From an uncultured Alphaproteobacteria bacterium (GTDB lineage: Bacteria > Pseudomonadota > Alphaproteobacteria > CAAHEQ01 > UBA3637), in assembly GCA_934234055.1 (NCBI GenBank), contig CAKQGY010000001.1, positions 14,035-78,034 of the forward strand: a stretch of DNA of 64,000 nucleotides, read 5' to 3'. A model generated the notes under the pieces. It was not told the DNA's origin. It ran no database searches and saw nothing but the letters and a program-made list of their open reading frames with translations. The position numbers and the translations under genes were made by a program. Shown piece by piece: positions 46,881-58,385 of this stretch (the first letter of the stretch is position 1; each line of letters begins with the position of its first letter).

Positions 46881-47315
46881 TTAGATTTTTTTGCGGGGAG
46901 GGGGGAGAGAAAGGCAGCGGCTGGGGCGCCAGAGAGATTCCAGGTCATAGCGGGTGCGAGCCTCGGCCGTCAGTAAATGCACGATAATGTTCCCCAGATC
47001 CACAATCACCCAGCTGCCGTCTCCGTCGCCGGCATTCGTCAGCGGAATAATATCGTGCGTGCGTAGGGTTTGCTCCAAATGGTAGCCCAGCGCCATTGTG
47101 TGGCGTGGGGAAGTGCCCGTTGCGATCACCACATAATCGGCCAGCGCGGACAGGCGGCGAATATCACGGGCTTGAATCTGCTCGGCCTTGCCGGTGTCCA
47201 GCTTTTTAATAATTAGGGTCAGGGTTTTGAGCGCGGCACGCTCGGCCGGGGTCGGTGTTGTCGGACGTTGCGGTCGGCGGGGGGAAGTGCGGGGTTTTCG
47301 GGGAGTAATGGGCAT
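46881..47315 (-). CDS. rsfS: Ribosome silencing factor RsfS (Iojap-like) with a Pro/Arg-rich N-terminal extension
   Basis: C-terminal core DYVVIATGTSPRHTMALGYHL...WVIVDLGNIIVHLL. The first roughly 35 aa (PITPRKPRTSPRRPQRPTTPTP) form a low-complexity extension. Confidence 0.75.
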   Translation of the reverse strand: MPITPRKPRTSPRRPQRPTTPTPAERAALKTLTLIIKKLDTGKAEQIQARDIRRLSALADYVVIATGTSPRHTMALGYHLEQTLRTHDIIPLTNAGDGDGSWVIVDLGNIIVHLLTAEARTRYDLESLWRPSRCLSLPPPRKKI

Positions 47316-48738
<1,423 letters not shown>

Positions 48739-48739
<1 letters not shown>

Positions 48740-50190
48740 TATTGCACGGCTTTCCCGTTGAGAGTCAGTTTGCCATCTTGAAACTGAATTTTGAGCGTGT
48801 CAACCGTCGCACCGTCCGGATCCGTCGTGCGCGCGCCCGCCGTGAGGTAAGGCCGAATGATGTCCAGCATACCGCCCTGAGGCGCACAGGCCATTTCAAT
48901 CATCATTTGAGAGGCTTGCTTATCCTGCTCGTCTGTGGGGTTTGTGAAGTCCTTTTTCGCCTGAGCACAACGGGCTTCATCAACCGTCGGAACCGGCGAA
49001 ATGGTGTCCAAATTGCGAATGGTCAGCGTCGCATCAACCACCGGTTGCGGATTACCGCGCACGTCAAACTTGGCCCGCGCCGTGCCCGTCAGCATCAGAC
49101 CTGCGCCGGCGTTTTGAACCTGCAACTCGTGCAAGGTAATCGTGCCGGATTGCAGCATATGCTGAATGGCGGCGTGTTGCCGGGCATCGTCGGACTTGTC
49201 ATCGGTGAGGGTGAGCAGATCCTGTTTATTGAGCCCCGTAATGTCCAAACGCAGCATAATCTCGGTCGGCATCAGGTTGGCCGGCACCGGCATCGCGGTT
49301 TGCAATTGGGTGAGTTTGGTCTCAAAATGATAGGTGTCATCTTGGAAGCGAGTTTTGCCCGACAGCGCGCCCGTCGCCATGGGCAGCGAGCTGTTCGTGC
49401 CGGCGGTGGGGAAAATCTGAATCGTCGGAATTTCAAAGGTGCCCTCAAATTTATCGGCCAGCAATTGACGCGTTAAATCCACGCCGACAACCGGTGCGTT
49501 CGTCAGCAGCGAATACGCCGTCAGCACCGGGATTTTAAGGCTGCCGTTTTGGGTGGTCAGGGTCATATCACGCATATCCAGCGCCGCTGACATATCCATT
49601 TTGTCCGCCGCCAAAGGGCGCGCCAAAATGTCCGAAGTCAATTGCGTCAGTGCCAAGGTGCCGTCGGCGGTGCTCATTTTCGCATCGGTGGCACGCGTGG
49701 CGCGGTTGGCAATCAATTGATAGGCCGGAACAACGATTAAATCGTCCTGAACCGTGGCGGCCGTCAATTTGATGTCGTCGTCAACCAGAGCCAGTAAGTC
49801 TTGAAGATAATCCAGAGAGGCCAGAGACAGCTTATACTGTGCCTGATCCCCGAAAGCACCGGCACGGGTCAGTTTGACCGAACGGGCAGAGAGCGACTTG
49901 ACTTTGCCGTCGTCCTCGTCCGATACGGCGCCCAACGTAATATCAAAATCATCACCGTTTGGGGTGACGGTAATTTCGCCGGGCCAGGCAATCACGGATT
50001 CAAGGGTTTGTTTGACCTGCTCGATTGTGGGGATAACCACTGCGGAAGCGGTCGTTGCCGGCGCGGGAGCGGGGGCCGTGGGGGCTGTGGCAACAGCAGG
50101 GGCCGGGGTCGGAGCCTCGGCCGCCAGCAGAGGAAATGACGCACAGGTTAAACCCGCCGCAATACAGCCCAGTAAAAGTGTTTTTTTCAT
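48739..50190 (-). CDS. Secreted hypothetical protein with an Ala/Pro-rich linker (possibly DUF2125-like)
   Basis: ATG 50190 (MKKTLLLGCIAAGLTCASFPLLAA signal) with an AAAGGAGA SD. It has a PAPAVATAPTAPAPAPATTA linker. The family assignment is uncertain. Confidence 0.45.
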
Positions 50191-50297
50191 CGTAAGTGTC
50201 TCCTTTCTGTTAAAAATAATGCCTATTATAAAGCGGGTTTGGGGGTAAATCAAGGATTTTCTTGCAATTTTGTAAAAAATATGCTATAACGAAAGCC

Positions 50298-50981
50298 ATG
50301 AAATGGAATGTATATCACTTTGATTGCTTGGAAAGCACTAATGACACAGCCCGTTCTTATCCCCCAAACAGTGTAATCGTGGCCGCCGAACAAACGGCCG
50401 GGCGGGGGCGTTTGGGGCGCGTGTGGCAAAGTAAGCGCGGGAATCTGTTCCTGTCGGCGGTGGTGCCGGATTACGGGTTGCAAACGCCGCTGTTGGCTTT
50501 TGTGGCGGGACTTGCCGTAGGTGATGCTTTGGCGGATTTCGGGGTGCGCCTGAAATGGCCGAATGATGTGCTGCTGAACGGAGGAAAAGTTTGCGGAATC
50601 CTGCTGGAACGCACCGAGGAAAATCACATCATCGTCGGAATCGGTGTGAATGTGGCCGTGGCACCACAGGCGGGCATGATGTATCGGACGGCTTGTCTGA
50701 ACGGGGCGATCACGGTGCAAGAGGCCGAAGAGCGCGTGCTGAAAGCTTTGGAACGAAATCTGAATGACTGGGAAAAAAACGGATTTGAACCTATCCGTAA
50801 TCGATGGTTGGCCAAGGCAGCCGGATTGAACGAAAACGTGAAAGTTAATCTACCTGACATACAAATCACAGGTATCTTTAAGGATTTAAGCCCGCAAGGG
50901 GAATTGGTTTTGGAAACTCCGGACAAGACCGTTCAAAAAATTGTTGCCGGAGATGTGTTTTTAACAGGAAATGAAAAATGA
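50298..50981 (+). CDS. birA: Biotin-protein ligase BirA (class I, with no DNA-binding domain)
   Basis: MKWNVYHFDCLESTNDTAR ... GRGRLGRVWQS (the GRGRxGRxW biotin-binding motif). Confidence 0.8.
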   Translation: MKWNVYHFDCLESTNDTARSYPPNSVIVAAEQTAGRGRLGRVWQSKRGNLFLSAVVPDYGLQTPLLAFVAGLAVGDALADFGVRLKWPNDVLLNGGKVCGILLERTEENHIIVGIGVNVAVAPQAGMMYRTACLNGAITVQEAEERVLKALERNLNDWEKNGFEPIRNRWLAKAAGLNENVKVNLPDIQITGIFKDLSPQGELVLETPDKTVQKIVAGDVFLTGNEK

Positions 50982-52654
50982 GTCATAATAACAGTAAAAT
51001 AATTATTCCGCCCGAAGATTTTGTGTTTGTGCCGCTGGGCGGGGCAACGGGAATCGGCATGAACTTTTTTGCCTATGGGTATCAGGGGAAATGGCTGCTG
51101 GTGGATTGCGGCGTGGGTTTTCCGGGCGACGGATTGCCGGGGGTTGATGTGTTGCTGCCGGATCCGAAATTTTTGGCCGATAAGAAAAAAGATATTGTGG
51201 GCATGGTGATTACGCATGCGCATGAAGACCATATCGGCGCAATTGCCTATTTGTGGCGGGATCTGCTGTGCCCGATCTATGCGACGCCGTTTGCGGTGGA
51301 ACTGATCGAAGATAAATTGGAGCAAGCGGGTCTGTTGGGACGTGCGGAAGTCGTTCGAGTGGAGCAGGGTTCGGCCATCGACCTGCCCCCGTTTGAAGTG
51401 GAATTTGTGTCTATGAACCACTCTATCCCCGAACCGAATGCGTTGGCAATCCGGACCAAAGAAGGCTTGGTCGTGCATACGGGCGACTGGAAATTGAGCG
51501 TGGACCCGATCCTGGGCAAGGGTATGGATACAGATACTTTGCGCGATCTGGGAAAAGAAGGCGTGCTGGCCGTGGTGTCGGATTCAACCAATGTGTTCGG
51601 TGAACATACCGATAAAACCGAAACCGATGTGCAGGAAACACTGGAACGCCTGATCGGGGAATATCCGGATAAGCAAATCGCCATAACCTGCTTTGCGTCC
51701 AATGTGGCGCGAGTGAAAAGCATCTATCAGGCGGCGGTCGCAAACGGGCGCGATGTGTGCCTGATGGGGCGGAGTCTGTGGCGCATTGACGGTGCGGCGC
51801 GAGCCACCGGATACTTTGACGATATGCCCGAATTTCTGTCCGAACGCGAGGCCCTGGATCGGCCGGCGGGATCGGTGCTGTATATCTGCACGGGCAGTCA
51901 GGGTGAGCCGCACTCGGCTTTGGCGTCGCTGTCGGCGATGACTCCGCAGAAAAACAGTGTCTTTTTGGGGCCGGATGATGTGGTCATTTTCTCGTCGCGG
52001 ATTATTCCGGGGAACGAAAAATCCATCGCTTTGCTGCAACGGAAATTAAAGGCCAAAGGTGTTAAAATTATTACCGACCGCGAAGAAATGGTCCATGTGT
52101 CGGGGCACTATGCGGGGGCGGATTTGGAACAGCTGTATAACCTGTTGAAACCGAAGATTGCCCTGCCGGTGCATGGGGAAGCGTTGGAGTTGGAAGGGCA
52201 TGTGGCCACCGCCAAAAAATGCGGCGTGCCGTATGCGTTTGCCCTGGAAGACGGGGAGGTGATTACCTTGTCCGAGACGCCGGAAGTGCTGGGCGAAGTG
52301 CCGACCGGAATCTTGGCCGTGGACGGCAAGCATATTGTGCCCCTGGACGCGGAAGTGATTCGCAAACGTCGCAAAATGATGGACGACGGATCGCTGGTGA
52401 TTACTTTGGTGATTGACAAGCAGGGCGCGGTGTTGGGCGAGCCGCAACTGTCCACTTTCGGGTTATTGGATGCAACGCCGGAAGATAAGGCAACCCTGAT
52501 CACCCAAATCAAAGCGGGAATTGAGGTGTTGGATTCGAATCAAAAATCCTCTAATACCCAGATTGATCAGGCAGTGCGCACCGTAATCCGCAAGTTCTTG
52601 AACGAATTTTACGGGAAAAAACCCTTGATTGATGTGCATTTGGTGCGGATTTAA
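50978..52654 (+). CDS. rnj: Ribonuclease J (metallo-beta-lactamase / beta-CASP)
   Basis: HAHEDH motif, a beta-CASP domain and a C-terminal domain. 558 aa, with strong RNase J-like features throughout. Confidence 0.85.
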   Translation: MSHNNSKIIIPPEDFVFVPLGGATGIGMNFFAYGYQGKWLLVDCGVGFPGDGLPGVDVLLPDPKFLADKKKDIVGMVITHAHEDHIGAIAYLWRDLLCPIYATPFAVELIEDKLEQAGLLGRAEVVRVEQGSAIDLPPFEVEFVSMNHSIPEPNALAIRTKEGLVVHTGDWKLSVDPILGKGMDTDTLRDLGKEGVLAVVSDSTNVFGEHTDKTETDVQETLERLIGEYPDKQIAITCFASNVARVKSIYQAAVANGRDVCLMGRSLWRIDGAARATGYFDDMPEFLSEREALDRPAGSVLYICTGSQGEPHSALASLSAMTPQKNSVFLGPDDVVIFSSRIIPGNEKSIALLQRKLKAKGVKIITDREEMVHVSGHYAGADLEQLYNLLKPKIALPVHGEALELEGHVATAKKCGVPYAFALEDGEVITLSETPEVLGEVPTGILAVDGKHIVPLDAEVIRKRRKMMDDGSLVITLVIDKQGAVLGEPQLSTFGLLDATPEDKATLITQIKAGIEVLDSNQKSSNTQIDQAVRTVIRKFLNEFYGKKPLIDVHLVRI

Positions 52655-52722
52655 TTTTTACTTGCAAAAAGCCTGACAATGTGTTAGGCTTTTTTTATAT
52701 CAATATAACGCAAGGGGGTAAT

Positions 52723-53514
52723 ATGACCGAAAAATATAATGTTATCTGTATCAAATGGGGATCGGGATATCCGTCGGAAGATGCCAATAAATTATGCCGA
52801 ATGATTAAACGCAATACCTCGTTTGACATAGATTTTTATTGCTTTACCGATGATCCGAAAGGCTTGGATAAAGATGTAATCGTCAAGCCCATGACGCACC
52901 TGAATGTCAAGCCGGAAGAAAATAAATATGCCTATCGTAAAGAAGCGGGGCTGTGCGATGATAACCTGGGCGGATTGAACGGACAGCGGGTGTTCTTTTT
53001 TGACTTGGACTCGCTGATCGTGGGGAATTTGGATGAGTTCTTCCGCTATCCCGAGGGAGATAAATTCTATATCATCAATGATTGGAATACGCGCGGGGAT
53101 ACCGTAGGACAGGCCAGTTGCTATTCGTGGGTTGTGGGGACGCTGGGGTTTGTGAAAAAATACTTTGAAGAACACCCCGTGGAAGTCGTGGATAAATACT
53201 ATACCGCATCTCAGGAATACCTGTCGGCGAAGGTGATTGAAAAATGGGGACACTTGAACTTTTGGCCGGAAAGCTGGTTCTGCTCGTTCCGGTTCCATTG
53301 CCTGCCGCCGATGCCGTTTCGGTGGTGGGTGATGCCCAAAATTCCGAAATGGAAAGGCCTGAAAATGATTGCGTTTCACGGATTACCGGGACTGGAAGAT
53401 GCGCGCAAAGGAATCTGGTGCTCGAATCCGGCGGATCGGAAATATCCGCGCGGAATCAAAAAATTATATAAGCATACCGAACCGGTGCGCTGGATTGATG
53501 ACTATTGGAAATAG
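52723..53514 (+). CDS. GT32-type glycosyltransferase (Och1-like 'sugar-binding region containing DXD motif')
   Basis: N-terminus YNVICIKWGSGYPSEDANKLCRMIKRNTSFDIDFYCFTDD follows the IHQIWIG...P.Y.Y.LWTD pattern of PF04488. It has a DLD (FFFDLDSLIV) DxD motif. The local GC is lower than the flanks. Confidence 0.55.
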   Translation: MTEKYNVICIKWGSGYPSEDANKLCRMIKRNTSFDIDFYCFTDDPKGLDKDVIVKPMTHLNVKPEENKYAYRKEAGLCDDNLGGLNGQRVFFFDLDSLIVGNLDEFFRYPEGDKFYIINDWNTRGDTVGQASCYSWVVGTLGFVKKYFEEHPVEVVDKYYTASQEYLSAKVIEKWGHLNFWPESWFCSFRFHCLPPMPFRWWVMPKIPKWKGLKMIAFHGLPGLEDARKGIWCSNPADRKYPRGIKKLYKHTEPVRWIDDYWK

Positions 53515-53523
53515 GGGAAATGT

Positions 53524-54471
53524 ATGCCGAAAATATCCGTGATTGTGCCGATTTATAATGTGGAAAAATTGCTGGAAGGATGCCTGGCCAGTATCCGGCA
53601 ACAGACTTTTCCGGACTTTGAAGCCCTGTGCGTGGATGACGGTTCAACGGATCGGAGCGGCGATCTGGCCGACGAATTTGCCAAGCGTGATTCGCGCTTT
53701 CGGGTGATTCATCAGGAAAATAAGGGCCTGTCGGGAGCGCGTAATACCGCTCTGAATCAGGCAAAAGGAGACTATGTTTTCTTTTGCGATTCGGACGATT
53801 ATATGCACCCGCAAACTCTGGAAGTTCTGTTGGAAGCGATAGAAAGCACGCGCGCCGATGTGGCCGGGTGCGGATTTGTTAAAACCGGAAAACTCTATCC
53901 CGTGTCGTTCCCGATTATCAGCCCGGCGGACAGAATACCTGAAATCATCTCTAACCCGTTTGAGGCCTATTTGACCAGGCGCGATATTATGACGGGTGTG
54001 TGGACACGCCTGTATCGGCGGCGAATCCTGAAAAATGTGCGGTTCGTAGAGGGAATTTACTTTGAAGATGTGCCTTTTACCACCCATATTATGGCGACGA
54101 TTAAAAACTATGCCCTGATCAAAGCGCCGATGTATTACTACTATCAAAACCCGGCGTCTATACTGCATACCTCGTTTAACCTGAAAAAAGCGGAAAGCTA
54201 TGTGACGGTGATACGCACGGTTTGGGAGGATATGCGCACAATCAGACCCGAAATGATGGAACGGGTGCGGAAAATAATCCTGAACGGACGAGTCAAAATG
54301 ATGCTGAACGGCATTTATAAAAAACAAAAAGATAAGGCCGAACGCAAGCGGATATTGACGGCAGTGGTGCCCGAATTAAAACGCCTGATGAAAAATGAAA
54401 TAATCTCGTATCAAGGATTGAAATTAAAGCATAAAATCCGGCTGTTTCGCGTGCTGCATAAACGAGGATAA
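53524..54471 (+). CDS. GT2-family glycosyltransferase
   Basis: SVIVPIYNVEKLLEGCLASIRQQTFPDFEALCVDDGSTD ... CDSDD is the classic GT-A/GT2 N-terminal domain. Confidence 0.8.
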   Translation: MPKISVIVPIYNVEKLLEGCLASIRQQTFPDFEALCVDDGSTDRSGDLADEFAKRDSRFRVIHQENKGLSGARNTALNQAKGDYVFFCDSDDYMHPQTLEVLLEAIESTRADVAGCGFVKTGKLYPVSFPIISPADRIPEIISNPFEAYLTRRDIMTGVWTRLYRRRILKNVRFVEGIYFEDVPFTTHIMATIKNYALIKAPMYYYYQNPASILHTSFNLKKAESYVTVIRTVWEDMRTIRPEMMERVRKIILNGRVKMMLNGIYKKQKDKAERKRILTAVVPELKRLMKNEIISYQGLKLKHKIRLFRVLHKRG

Positions 54472-54478
54472 CAAAATC

Positions 54479-54847
54479 CTAGGGTTGGGCTTTGAAATGT
54501 AATTTCCGCCCGTCGGATAATGTGAGCGTGAGTGTGTCCCCTTGTAAAGCATAGCTTTGAACCTGATGCAAATCGTCCAGGTAGGTGCGCTCAAAATCCA
54601 TTTCGTCGCGCGGGCCCATCATCATCGTGGTGCCGACGGTGGAAAAAGTAATCGTGTCGGCCGATGCGGTATAATTGCCGAAATAATTGTTGACGACTTG
54701 GCCGAAAAAGCGATTCTCATGAGCGTCAAATCCAAGTGTTGCCGCAACGGGCGAATCGGTGAGAGTAAAGGTCTTGCCGGGCAGGGTTTCTCCCCGAGAG
54801 CAGGAACAGACGGCAAACAAAGATAAAAATAAAGCAATATATTTCAT
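54479..54847 (-). CDS. META/HslJ-like lipoprotein
   Basis: ATG 54847 with the signal MKYIALFLSLFAVCSCS (lipobox). 122 aa, HslJ-like. Confidence 0.5.
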   Translation of the reverse strand: MKYIALFLSLFAVCSCSRGETLPGKTFTLTDSPVAATLGFDAHENRFFGQVVNNYFGNYTASADTITFSTVGTTMMMGPRDEMDFERTYLDDLHQVQSYALQGDTLTLTLSDGRKLHFKAQP

Positions 54848-54969
54848 GATTGGTTTTTCCTTTCGTTTAACAAAATAACCGCTTTTTGGTTGAAAAGCAA
54901 GCGGAAATAAAAAACAGGCCAAAAAATAATAAAAAAAAGGGGCAGACCCCTTGAAAAAAATCTGATTTA

Positions 54970-54994
54970 GGCGTATAATACGCCCTGTTTTTTT
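54970..54994 (+). terminator. Rho-independent terminator (ggcgta-taa-tacgcc + T7) upstream of the PMM gene
   Basis: Perfect 6-bp stem followed by a T-run. Confidence 0.5.
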
Positions 54995-55007
54995 GAGAAG
55001 GACCCAC

Positions 55008-55763
55008 ATGAAACCAAAAGTTTTCTTATCTGATAATGACGGCACATTGACCGTCGCACGCAAGCCTATCCGCGGCGAAATGGCGGATACTTTGATTGAA
55101 TTTGCCAAACACTTTCGCTTTGCCATTACGACGGGATCGCCTTGGAAAGATATGGTGGAACAGATGCCGCCGGAAATCTTGAACAATCCGAATATTGACT
55201 ATTGGTGCTGTATGGGGAATATCCTGTATCAACAGGGGAAAGAGGTCTATAACTCGCATAATACGATTAACTTTGACCACTTTAATCCGATTTTGCAGGA
55301 TATCTTGAAAAATTGTCCGTATCAATATCATAAATCTTTCCCGCGCCACCATGAAATCAATGCGAACTGCGCCATCAACTTTACAATGTTGGGTCGGCCG
55401 GAAGTGGGCGAACCATCAATGGAAGATCGGTGCGACTATGTCAAATGGGATCAGGCCAACGGCCAGCGCAAGTGGATTATTGATCACTTGGCCAAAACGC
55501 ACCCCGAATATAACTTTACCTATGGGGGACAGATCTCGGTGGATATTGTGAAAAAAGGCTGTGATAAGGCGCAGGTCGTGAACTATTATAAAGACAAATA
55601 CGAAATTGTCTATTTCGGCGACCGAATCTATAAACGCGGCAATGATAATGCTATTGCGCACGAAGTTGTGGATTGCGGCGGCAGTATCTATTCCGTCAGC
55701 GGACCGGAAGAAACAATGCATATTATGCAAACCTTGATTGCCCAGGATAAAAAATCGGCCTGA
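55008..55763 (+). CDS. Eukaryotic-type phosphomannomutase (PMM, HAD-IIB; PF03332-like)
   Basis: FLSDNDGTLT (DxDGT nucleophile) ... GGQISVDI ... VYFGDRIYKRGNDNAIAHEV ... YSVSGPEET follows the eukaryotic PMM1/2 motif order (GGQISFDV, FFGDKT, GGNDxEI). It is not the bacterial ManB/alpha-PHM type. Confidence 0.65.
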   Translation: MKPKVFLSDNDGTLTVARKPIRGEMADTLIEFAKHFRFAITTGSPWKDMVEQMPPEILNNPNIDYWCCMGNILYQQGKEVYNSHNTINFDHFNPILQDILKNCPYQYHKSFPRHHEINANCAINFTMLGRPEVGEPSMEDRCDYVKWDQANGQRKWIIDHLAKTHPEYNFTYGGQISVDIVKKGCDKAQVVNYYKDKYEIVYFGDRIYKRGNDNAIAHEVVDCGGSIYSVSGPEETMHIMQTLIAQDKKSA

Positions 55764-55852
55764 AATCCGCGCTTTTTTTAGGTAAAACGCAAAAAAAACT
55801 TGCTTTCGTTTTGCAAGGTGTGCTAATCTGAACAAAAAGAAAGGAATGTGCT

Positions 55853-56761
55853 ATGGACGAGTTTGATAAAATCCAAGAAGTATCGGACGATATTGTCGGC
55901 CGGAAAGAACCTGCATTTCAAAACGGGTCGGCGGAAGAACCGGAGGGCGTGAATGCACCAAACGGTGATGAGGCGGAGATGTATCACTTTGCCGAACTGG
56001 AAAAAGAGGCGAATCTGGACGAAATGATGCGTCAAAAAAATGTGCCTTTTCGCGGGCATTTGTGGGCTATCGGGGCGTTTGTCGTGATTCTGGCAGTGGC
56101 GGTGTCGGCTTTCCTGTTTACGGGAGACAAAACTGAAACGGGCGAAGTAATTACTATTGCGGCGACGCCGACGCCCGTGCGGGTCAAGCCCGAAAATCCA
56201 GGAGGAATGAAAATCCTGGATCAGGATAAACTGATCTATAATGTGATCAACTCTAACGCCGTGCCGACAAAGGTGGAAAATTTGTTCCCCGAGCCGGAAA
56301 AGCCGGTTCTGCCGGACATATTGGCGCAAAAAGAAACGACCGAAGAACCCTATGTCGCCGTGGAGAAGGTGGCAGCGATTGACCCTTTGAAAGAAGCGCG
56401 GCCGGTGGTGATTGAAGAAGTCCCGCCCGAACCTAAAAAAGAAGCTTTGACTTTGCCGAAAAAAGCAGTTGTGGCGGCGACTCCAAAAGCAGATAAAAAT
56501 AAACCGATCTGGCGGGTGCAGTTGCTGTCGTCGGGTAAAAAAGCAACGGCGGAAAAGGCTTGGGCTATGATCTCTAAAAAGCATAAGGCGCTGTTGTCGG
56601 ATATGTCGCACGAAATTGCAGTGGCCAAAATCGCGGGTAAAGGGACTTTTTACCGCTTGCAAGCCGGGCATTTTGCCACGCGTGATATGGCGGCGGGATT
56701 ATGCGTAAAACTGAAAGCCCAAAAGCAGGAATGCGTGCCGGTGAAGGTTGAGGCAAAATAA
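55853..56761 (+). CDS. SPOR-domain protein (septal peptidoglycan-binding), single-pass membrane
   Basis: Acidic cytoplasmic N-terminus, one TM, a Pro/Glu/Lys linker and a C-terminal SPOR fold (WRVQLLSSGKKATAEKAW...YRLQAGHFATRDMAAGLC). Confidence 0.65.
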   Translation: MDEFDKIQEVSDDIVGRKEPAFQNGSAEEPEGVNAPNGDEAEMYHFAELEKEANLDEMMRQKNVPFRGHLWAIGAFVVILAVAVSAFLFTGDKTETGEVITIAATPTPVRVKPENPGGMKILDQDKLIYNVINSNAVPTKVENLFPEPEKPVLPDILAQKETTEEPYVAVEKVAAIDPLKEARPVVIEEVPPEPKKEALTLPKKAVVAATPKADKNKPIWRVQLLSSGKKATAEKAWAMISKKHKALLSDMSHEIAVAKIAGKGTFYRLQAGHFATRDMAAGLCVKLKAQKQECVPVKVEAK

Positions 56762-57727
56762 ATGACGAATCGGCCCAAAGCGATTATCTTGGGGTGTGCG
56801 GGCACGGCTTTGACGCCCGAGGAAGTGAAATGTCTGCGAAAATGGCGGCCGCTGGGCTTGATCTTATTTAAGCGAAACATCGAATCGCCCAAGCAGGTGC
56901 GGGCCTTGGGGGCAGCCTTTCGGGACTGTGTGGAACGGGAAAACGCACCGATTCTGGTGGATCAGGAAGGCGGGTTGGTGCAACGCCTGCGCGCACCGAA
57001 TTGGACGGAACTGCCGGCCGTGAAAACCTATGAGGAACAATGGGGTGATGATGAAATGCAGCTGGAAAAGGCCGTGGCACATCATGCCCAAGTGATTGCC
57101 GAAAATCTGCGAACGGCGGGGATTACGACGGATTGCTGGCCATGTCTGGATGTAGCGCAAGAACAGACGCACGCCGTGATGGCATCGCGGTGCTTTTCCA
57201 CACGGCCCGAACGGGTGGCACGGTTGGCCGAAGTGGCCGTCAGGGCTTTGTTGCAACAGGGAATTATGCCGGTGGTGAAACACTTGGCGGGCTATGGTCG
57301 CGCGGTGGTGGATCCGCACAAAGATTTGCCCGTGGTGGAGGCGGATTTGGAGACCCTGAACCGGACGGACTTTGTGCCGTTTCGGCAGATGAGGCTGCCG
57401 GTGTGGGGCATGACGGCGCATATTATCTATCGGGCCCTGGACCCGGAACGGCCCGCGACTTTATCCCCGCGCGTGATGAACTATATTCGGCAGGAAATCG
57501 GCTTTGACGGTTTTGTAATCAGCGACGCGATGGAAATGGGGGCGTTGACGCACTTTGGCACGCCGGCCGAAATTGCGGACGGAATCTTGCGCGCCGGGTG
57601 TGATGCGGTGCTGCACTGCACGGGCGTTTTGACTGATGTGTCCGGGTGGATTGACCGGGTGCCCGAAGTCTCGGATGCCGGATTAAAACGGTTGCAAGTC
57701 GCGGAGGAATTGCTGAAATGCTGTTAG
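56762..57727 (+). CDS. nagZ: Beta-N-acetylhexosaminidase NagZ (GH3)
   Basis: VDQEGGLVQRL and the GH3 N-terminal domain. 321 aa is typical of NagZ. Confidence 0.8.
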   Translation: MTNRPKAIILGCAGTALTPEEVKCLRKWRPLGLILFKRNIESPKQVRALGAAFRDCVERENAPILVDQEGGLVQRLRAPNWTELPAVKTYEEQWGDDEMQLEKAVAHHAQVIAENLRTAGITTDCWPCLDVAQEQTHAVMASRCFSTRPERVARLAEVAVRALLQQGIMPVVKHLAGYGRAVVDPHKDLPVVEADLETLNRTDFVPFRQMRLPVWGMTAHIIYRALDPERPATLSPRVMNYIRQEIGFDGFVISDAMEMGALTHFGTPAEIADGILRAGCDAVLHCTGVLTDVSGWIDRVPEVSDAGLKRLQVAEELLKCC

Positions 57728-58374
57728 GATATGAATTGACGACTTGGATTATACCGCTGTTGCTGTGTATGATTGTGCACGAGGTGGCGCATGGTTTGGT
57801 CGCCGAACGGCTGGGCGATGATACCGCGCGGCGGGCGGGACGGTTGACGATGAACCCCGTGGTGCATATTGACCCGTTGGGGAGTATTGTTCTGCCGGCA
57901 ATGCTATGGGCAATGCAGGCTTCGTTCCTGTTCGGGTGGGCCAAGCCTGTGCCGGTGGATTTCGGGCGGTTGAACCGTCCCAAGCGCGATATGGGCCTGG
58001 TGGCGGCGGCTGGTCCGGTGTCGAACCTCTTGTTGGCAATGGCGTTGGCGATTGTGGGTCGGGTGTGTATGGAGGTTTTTCCCGAGGGGCAGGTCAGATT
58101 GTGGCTGATGCAAAATATAATCAACGGAATACAGCTGTCCCTGGTGATCGGAATCTTTAATCTGCTGCCGATTTTGCCACTGGACGGCGGGCGGATTCTG
58201 GTTGCGATTTTGCCTTTGAAATACGCAATTCGCTTGCAAGAAACAGAAAAGTATGGATTTTTGATTTTATTTGGTGTAATATTACTCTCACAAATATCGG
58301 GATTGAATGTGATCGGTTGGTTTATCGGAGCGCTCTATCCGTTCTTTGCAAAAATTGTGTCATTATTACTATAA
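57718..58374 (+). CDS. Site-2-protease-family (M50) membrane metalloprotease
   Basis: HEVAHG (HExxH) in TM1 and LLPILPLDGG (the LDG motif). 218 aa. Confidence 0.7.
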   Translation: MLLGYELTTWIIPLLLCMIVHEVAHGLVAERLGDDTARRAGRLTMNPVVHIDPLGSIVLPAMLWAMQASFLFGWAKPVPVDFGRLNRPKRDMGLVAAAGPVSNLLLAMALAIVGRVCMEVFPEGQVRLWLMQNIINGIQLSLVIGIFNLLPILPLDGGRILVAILPLKYAIRLQETEKYGFLILFGVILLSQISGLNVIGWFIGALYPFFAKIVSLLL

Positions 58375-58385
58375 AGGAGAAAAGT

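Noticed and set aside
54931-54960. Hairpin aagggg-caga-cccctt flanked by A8 and A7.
   Set aside because: It could terminate only minus-strand transcription, but no minus-strand gene lies upstream of it. I left it uncalled.
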